A program made the position numbers and the translations under genes. From contig CANLED010000001.1 of assembly GCA_947489175.1 (NCBI GenBank), positions 1 to 53,141 on the forward strand: a DNA stretch of 53,141 bases. Reading direction: 5' to 3'. Within the stretch, counting starts at the first letter, position 1. Every line of letters starts with the position of its first letter. Below the pieces are notes generated by a model, which saw only the letters and a list, made by a program, of their open reading frames with translations, was not told where the DNA came from and made no database searches. The DNA comes from Chitinophagaceae bacterium. GTDB taxonomy: Bacteria; Bacteroidota; Bacteroidia; Chitinophagales; Chitinophagaceae. Below are positions 48,376 through 53,141 of this stretch, one piece after another.

Positions 48376-50076
48376 ATGAACACAATTTCATTACAAGACA
48401 AATTGATTTTCGTCTTTTATTTTATTATAGTTGCCAGTTATGGATACTGGGTGTATAAGAAAAAGAAAAACGATGTTTCTGCTTCACAAGATTTCTTTTT
48501 AGCAGAAGGATCACTTACTTGGTGGGCAATTGGCGCTTCACTAATTGCATCTAATATTTCTGCTGAGCAATTTATTGGAATGAGTGGTGAAGGGTTTTTT
48601 GTGGGAATTGCTGTGGCAGCTTATGAGTGGATTGCCGCGCTAGCACTCATTATTATTGCAGTATGGTTTATCCCTATATATTTAAAAAATAAGATTTATA
48701 CTATGCCTCAGTTCTTGAAAACGAGGTACAATGAATCTGTTTCTTTGGTAATGGCCATTTTTTGGTTGTTTTTATATGTATTTGTAAACCTCACATCTAT
48801 TCTTTACTTAGGAGCCGTAGCCATCAATGGTTTATTGGGAGGCGAATACCTTCATGTTGTTATGGTTGGACTGATGGTAATGGCTTTATTTATTACACTG
48901 GGTGGTATGAAGGTAATTGGCTATACCGATGTTATTCAAGTAGCCGTATTAATTATTGGTGGCTTTGCAACAGTATACATGGCACTTCAAATTGTGGACC
49001 AGCGGATCAATGGTGTGCTTGATGGGAGTGCCATTGCGGGTTTCAAAACATTACTTGCTCAAGCTCCAGAACATTTTAAACTTATTTTGCCAAAACCAAA
49101 CAATACAGATATGAGTATTGCTGGGCAATTGGCAAGAGACAAGTATATAGTTTTGCCCGGTATTGCTATGTATTTTGCAGGTCAGTGGATTGTAAATTTA
49201 AATTACTGGGGATGTAACCAATACATTACACAAAGAGCACTTGGTGCAAAATTAGAAACCGCACGTAAAGGTATTTTGTTTGCTGGTTTTATGAAATTAT
49301 TTATGCCAGTAATTGTTATGTTGCCGGGTATTGCAGCTTATGTTTTATACAAAAACGGCCAACTTCCCGGACTTGAAGGTGGTAAAGATGGTGCATATTC
49401 TGCAATCTTAGCATTTTTGCCATCAGGTCTTAAAGGCCTTGCAATTGCTGCATTGACAGCTGCTATTGTAGCTTCTTTGGCTGGAAAAGCAAATAGTATT
49501 TCAACTATTTTCACATTAGATATTTACAAAAAATACATAAACAAAGATGCGGAAGAAAAGAAATTGGTTTGGACCGGAAGGTTAACCGTACTAGTATCTA
49601 TGATTGTTGCAGTACTGTTTACATGGAAAGATTTATTGGGCATTGGGGGTGAAGGTGGTTTTACTTTTATCCAGAAGTACACTGGCTTTATTAGCCCTGG
49701 TGTGTTTGCTATGTTTATTTTAGGATTTTTCTGGAAACGTACAACAGGCACTGCTGCGATGGTTGGATTAATCACTGGCTTTGCATTATCTATCTTCTTT
49801 AATAATTATGCAGTAGGTCTTTTAGGGCATGAGAACATCATGTTCACAGCATATTTAAATAAAAATGGGTTGTATGAAATTCCGTTTTTAATTAACATGG
49901 GCTGGTCTTTTGTAATCACTGTAGCAACAATGGTTGCTATTAGCTTGGCTGGACCAAAAGTGAATCCCAAAGCATTTGAAATTGATGCAAGCATGTTTAA
50001 AGTGAGTAAGTCTACACTCATTTTAATTGTTATAACCCTTATGATATTAAGTGCGCTCTACGTAAAATTCTGGTAA
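48376..50076 (+). CDS. Sodium:solute symporter, probable L-arabinose permease (AraP-like)
   Basis: WWAIGASLIASNISAEQFIGMSG, YWGCNQYITQRAL, many TM helices, and position in the ara operon. Confidence 0.92.
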   Translation: MNTISLQDKLIFVFYFIIVASYGYWVYKKKKNDVSASQDFFLAEGSLTWWAIGASLIASNISAEQFIGMSGEGFFVGIAVAAYEWIAALALIIIAVWFIPIYLKNKIYTMPQFLKTRYNESVSLVMAIFWLFLYVFVNLTSILYLGAVAINGLLGGEYLHVVMVGLMVMALFITLGGMKVIGYTDVIQVAVLIIGGFATVYMALQIVDQRINGVLDGSAIAGFKTLLAQAPEHFKLILPKPNNTDMSIAGQLARDKYIVLPGIAMYFAGQWIVNLNYWGCNQYITQRALGAKLETARKGILFAGFMKLFMPVIVMLPGIAAYVLYKNGQLPGLEGGKDGAYSAILAFLPSGLKGLAIAALTAAIVASLAGKANSISTIFTLDIYKKYINKDAEEKKLVWTGRLTVLVSMIVAVLFTWKDLLGIGGEGGFTFIQKYTGFISPGVFAMFILGFFWKRTTGTAAMVGLITGFALSIFFNNYAVGLLGHENIMFTAYLNKNGLYEIPFLINMGWSFVITVATMVAISLAGPKVNPKAFEIDASMFKVSKSTLILIVITLMILSALYVKFW

Positions 50077-50766
50077 TTGACGTCAAAGGCATATAACAAT
50101 CATAACCGTTTACTTGTAGCTGTTGACTGCATTATTTTTGGTTTCGACGGAACCGAAATCAAAGCCCTTTTAGTGAAGCGTTCTTTGGAACCAGAAAAAG
50201 GTAAATGGTCTTTGATGGGGGGATTTGTGACTACTAAAGAAAGTGTGCGTGACGCGGCTACTAGGGTATTGAAAAATTTAACGGGACTCGACAATGTTTA
50301 TATGGAGCAGCTGCACTGCTTTGGAGATGTAATGCGGGATGCAGCAGGACGTGTAATATCGGTTGCTTATTTTGCTCTTATCAAGCTAGACGATTATAAA
50401 GAAGAATTGTTACAAAAGCACCATGCAAGTTGGCATTCGTTAAATAAAATACCATCGGTTGTTTTTGACCATAAAAAAATGATTGCTCTATCATTAGAAA
50501 GATTACAACAAAAAGCCGTTGCCTATCCTATTGGATTTGAATTACTGCCCATAAAATTTACCATGCAGCAACTTCAAGCACTCTATGAAGCGGTATATAA
50601 TACCCGTTTTGACAAACGGAACTTTACCAAAAAAATTCTTACTCTCAATATACTTAATCGGTTAACAGAGAAAGAAAAAACAACTTCTCGTAAAGGATCA
50701 TTCTTATATACATTTGATAAGAAGAAATACAATAAATTAAAAAAACAAGGTATTAAGCTATTGTAA
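50077..50766 (+). CDS. araR: NrtR-family Nudix/wHTH transcriptional regulator (AraR)
   Basis: AVDCIIFGFD, WSLMGGF, degenerate Nudix box (ESVRDAATRVL), DKRNF wHTH. TTG start immediately after the SSS stop. Confidence 0.88.
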   Translation: MTSKAYNNHNRLLVAVDCIIFGFDGTEIKALLVKRSLEPEKGKWSLMGGFVTTKESVRDAATRVLKNLTGLDNVYMEQLHCFGDVMRDAAGRVISVAYFALIKLDDYKEELLQKHHASWHSLNKIPSVVFDHKKMIALSLERLQQKAVAYPIGFELLPIKFTMQQLQALYEAVYNTRFDKRNFTKKILTLNILNRLTEKEKTTSRKGSFLYTFDKKKYNKLKKQGIKLL

Positions 50767-50911
50767 TGCAACTAATAAATATGTCTGGAAAAATTCTTTT
50801 GGCATAGGAGATGAAGGTGGATACACTTCCATAAAGAAAAAACACTCCACCCTGATGATTCTTGCCATATTGTATGTGCGATTCTGGTAAAAAAGACCAT
50901 TTTGTTTAAGC

Positions 50912-50946
50912 AAAAGCCTTCCAACCTTGGAAGGCTTTTCTTTTTT
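50912..50946. terminator. Rho-independent terminator
   Basis: AAAAGCCTTCCAA-cc-TTGGAAGGCTTTT perfect inverted repeat followed by a T tract. Confidence 0.8.
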
Positions 50947-50973
50947 CGTGATTAATTGGTCACCTTTGTGCCC

Positions 50974-52650
50974 ATGCCGCAGCCATCCTTCTTATTGACC
51001 ACGCTCAATGCCAAGTACATCCACATGAATCTGGCGATCAGGCTGCTGTACGAACTGAACAAGGGCGATGAACGGTTGAGCTGGAAGGAGTTCACCATCA
51101 AGGAGAATCCTGATGAAATCGCATCCTATTGCAGCAGTTTCGATGTGGTTTGTTTCAGCTGTTATATCTGGAACATCACCCAGACCTTGGCCGTGGCTGA
51201 AAAAATCAAACAGCTGAATCCCGCCACAAAAATATTGCTGGGAGGCCCGGAAGTAACCTACGATTGGCAGGAAATCATTCAATTGGATTGTATCGACTTC
51301 ATCGTAACCGGAGAAGGGGAGATCCCCTTTTCTGCCTTTCTGCAACAGTATCCTAATGTTGGGTCCATCAACAATATCGTATCCAAACAAAACAATGAGC
51401 TGATCTATCAGCAACAAGGGATTAATTTTCCGCTGGAGCAATACGCCAATACCAATCCCTACCAAAACGACGACCCTGAAACCCTTCGCAACCGGGTGCT
51501 CTACATTGAGACCTCAAGGGGCTGTCCTTACAAATGCGAATTCTGCCTGGCCAGCCTGGACAATGGCGTCCGCTACCTGCCCACGGAGCATATCAAGAGC
51601 AATCTCCTGTATCTGATGACACACGGTCGGGTAATCAAATTCCTGGACCGCACCTTCAATGTCAAAAAGGATTTCACGCTGGATATTTTTCAGTTCATCC
51701 TCGACCATGCCCGTCCAGACAATGTTTTCCAGTTCGAAATCACGGCGGATATCCTGCATCCCGCCATCATGCAGTTCATCAAGGAGAAGGTTCCCCGGGG
51801 GATGTTCCGTTTTGAGATCGGCATCCAAACCGTCAACCAAAAAGCCAACCTGGAGGTGAGCCGTAAACAGAATTTCGATAAAACAAAGGGCGTGATTCTT
51901 GAGCTGAAAGACCATGTGGACATGCACCTGGACCTGATCGTGGGCTTACCGCTGGATTACTGGAACGACATCAAATTCAGTTTTGAAGAGGTGTTCAAAC
52001 TCTTCCCTCCGGAACTGCAACTCGGCTTCCTGAAATTCCTGAAAGGTACACCCGTGCGAGACAAGCACCAGGACCATGGATACGTTTTCGATCCTGTTGC
52101 TCCTTATCAGATCATCAGGAGCAACTACCTCTCTGAACAGGAATTGGCAGACATTACTTTGCTTGAACATGCATTGGAAATATACTGGAACAAACCAAGG
52201 TTGTACAATACACTCAAATATGTAACTGCCCAATACAGCATCTTCGATTTTCTGCTGGGGCTGGGCCGTCAGTTTCAACTGAAACACGGGCGATTCATTG
52301 GTTTCAGCCTTGAAACAGTCTATGAAATTGCTGCAGCATTCATTGAATCAAGTTACCCCAACGACCCCGTGTTGAAAGAACTCCTTGCCATCGATCACTG
52401 GCTGCAACACAAGATCAAACCTTCGAAAAGTTTTTTACAGGAGTACGATAAAAAAGAAAAATTCGCTTTGCTCGATGCATACAAACTTCCCCACCAAACT
52501 TGCCGCTATGCAGTAGCACCCATCAATTTCGATTTCGGATTGTGGGAGCGGGAGGGAGTCATTCATTCAGCCGCAACAGAGCTCGTGATTGTTTTTGATG
52601 GCCAATCCAAAGCCAGGGTAGTCAACCTTGCAGCATTGCCCGTTGGTTAA
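50974..52650 (+). CDS. B12-binding radical SAM protein (DUF4080 type)
   Basis: LNAKYIH, FSCYIWN, LGGPEV, ETSRGCPYKCEFC, FLDRTFN, HLDLIVGLP. ATG at 50974; the ORF is open from 50956. Confidence 0.93.
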   Translation: MPQPSFLLTTLNAKYIHMNLAIRLLYELNKGDERLSWKEFTIKENPDEIASYCSSFDVVCFSCYIWNITQTLAVAEKIKQLNPATKILLGGPEVTYDWQEIIQLDCIDFIVTGEGEIPFSAFLQQYPNVGSINNIVSKQNNELIYQQQGINFPLEQYANTNPYQNDDPETLRNRVLYIETSRGCPYKCEFCLASLDNGVRYLPTEHIKSNLLYLMTHGRVIKFLDRTFNVKKDFTLDIFQFILDHARPDNVFQFEITADILHPAIMQFIKEKVPRGMFRFEIGIQTVNQKANLEVSRKQNFDKTKGVILELKDHVDMHLDLIVGLPLDYWNDIKFSFEEVFKLFPPELQLGFLKFLKGTPVRDKHQDHGYVFDPVAPYQIIRSNYLSEQELADITLLEHALEIYWNKPRLYNTLKYVTAQYSIFDFLLGLGRQFQLKHGRFIGFSLETVYEIAAAFIESSYPNDPVLKELLAIDHWLQHKIKPSKSFLQEYDKKEKFALLDAYKLPHQTCRYAVAPINFDFGLWEREGVIHSAATELVIVFDGQSKARVVNLAALPVG

Positions 52651-53141
52651 CGAAACATATTGTGTTGATAGCCCAAAAGGAAGAGGTGGGTATTGGCCAA
52701 AGGCTGATGCAAATAGGTATATCCAACATTGATGGCTTGTTTTTTGGAGGGTTTGATGTGCAGGAAAAAGCCTGTCCTGTTCTGATTGAAAAGCCATTGC
52801 CCCTGTTGCAATTGCACCATGATTTCGTCATAGACTTGGAGGTCCAATTGAGGAGTAAGGGCTTGTATAAATCCGGTTCTGTACCTGAAACGATGGGCGG
52901 AAAAGGAAGGTGTTTTAGTGGTTGCATCAAACCAACGCTGTTCAATCCTGAGGCGTTGCATCCATTTGAGTTTCCCAAACTGGTCTTGCCTCACCAATTC
53001 TTCCCAGATCCTGTTCTCCGCACCAAAAGCCGGCCTGTCTTTTTCAACCCTTGAAGCAAACAAGGCATAACCCCCGGCTGCATTCCAACGCTCAGAAAAA
53101 TAGTGCCGAAGCCCGGTCCTGTACAACCACAATGTTGCCCT
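52647..53141 (-). CDS. DUF2490-like outer-membrane beta-barrel protein, 5' end outside the window
   Basis: ENRIWEE, QRLRIEQRW, HRFRYR, FNQNR motifs. Confidence 0.75.
   Translation of the reverse strand, partial: RATLWLYRTGLRHYFSERWNAAGGYALFASRVEKDRPAFGAENRIWEELVRQDQFGKLKWMQRLRIEQRWFDATTKTPSFSAHRFRYRTGFIQALTPQLDLQVYDEIMVQLQQGQWLFNQNRTGFFLHIKPSKKQAINVGYTYLHQPLANTHLFLLGYQHNMFR

Larger units (their letters stand above)
1065..50900. other. Low-GC genomic island: sulfated-glycan and L-arabinose polysaccharide utilisation locus
   Basis: Abrupt visible shift to AT-rich sequence and A/T-ending codons after ~1065, reverting at ~50950. Contains susCD, HTCS, CAZymes, sulfatases and the ara operon. Boundaries are approximate. 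Confidence 0.75.

Noticed and set aside
1101-50766. Ordinary plant alpha-1,5-arabinan PUL
   Set aside because: No GH51/GH127/GH146 is seen, and five sulfatases plus GH49-like enzymes are unexplained by a neutral plant arabinan.
50077-50766. Active Nudix hydrolase
   Set aside because: The Nudix box lacks the catalytic glutamates and a wHTH follows, as in NrtR/AraR regulators.
50974-52650. Radical SAM gene as the anaerobic sulfatase maturase (anSME)
   Set aside because: It has an N-terminal B12-binding domain and no Cys-rich SPASM domain, and lies outside the low-GC block.

Overview
Bacteroidota chromosomal window. A visibly AT-rich block of about 50 kb (~1065-50900) lies between GC-richer flanking genes: a partial Gfo/Idh/MocA oxidoreductase on the left, and a B12-binding radical SAM gene plus a partial DUF2490 gene on the right. 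The block is a complete polysaccharide utilisation locus (PUL). Its minus-strand arm carries susC, susD, a surface lipoprotein, a hybrid two-component system, 5 Cys-type sulfatases, 3 GH49-like beta-helix enzymes (one fused to GH43), 2 GH27 enzymes of the beta-L-arabinopyranosidase type, 4 further GH43, 1 GH2, DUF1080, DUF4380, two uncharacterised secreted proteins, transaldolase and a split transketolase. Its divergent plus-strand arm is an L-arabinose operon (araB-araD-araA-SSS transporter-araR). The best candidate for an undescribed system is that this is a full pathway for sulfated beta-L-arabinopyranan or xyloarabinogalactan, a green-algal (Cladophorales-type) wall polysaccharide; the substrate is inferred, not shown. 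Also seen: candidate AraR and HTCS operators, a G-quadruplex motif in the divergent promoter, and several truncated gene stubs. I saw no tRNA, rRNA, CRISPR array, integrase or transposase. All family calls come from motif recognition by eye, with no database search.
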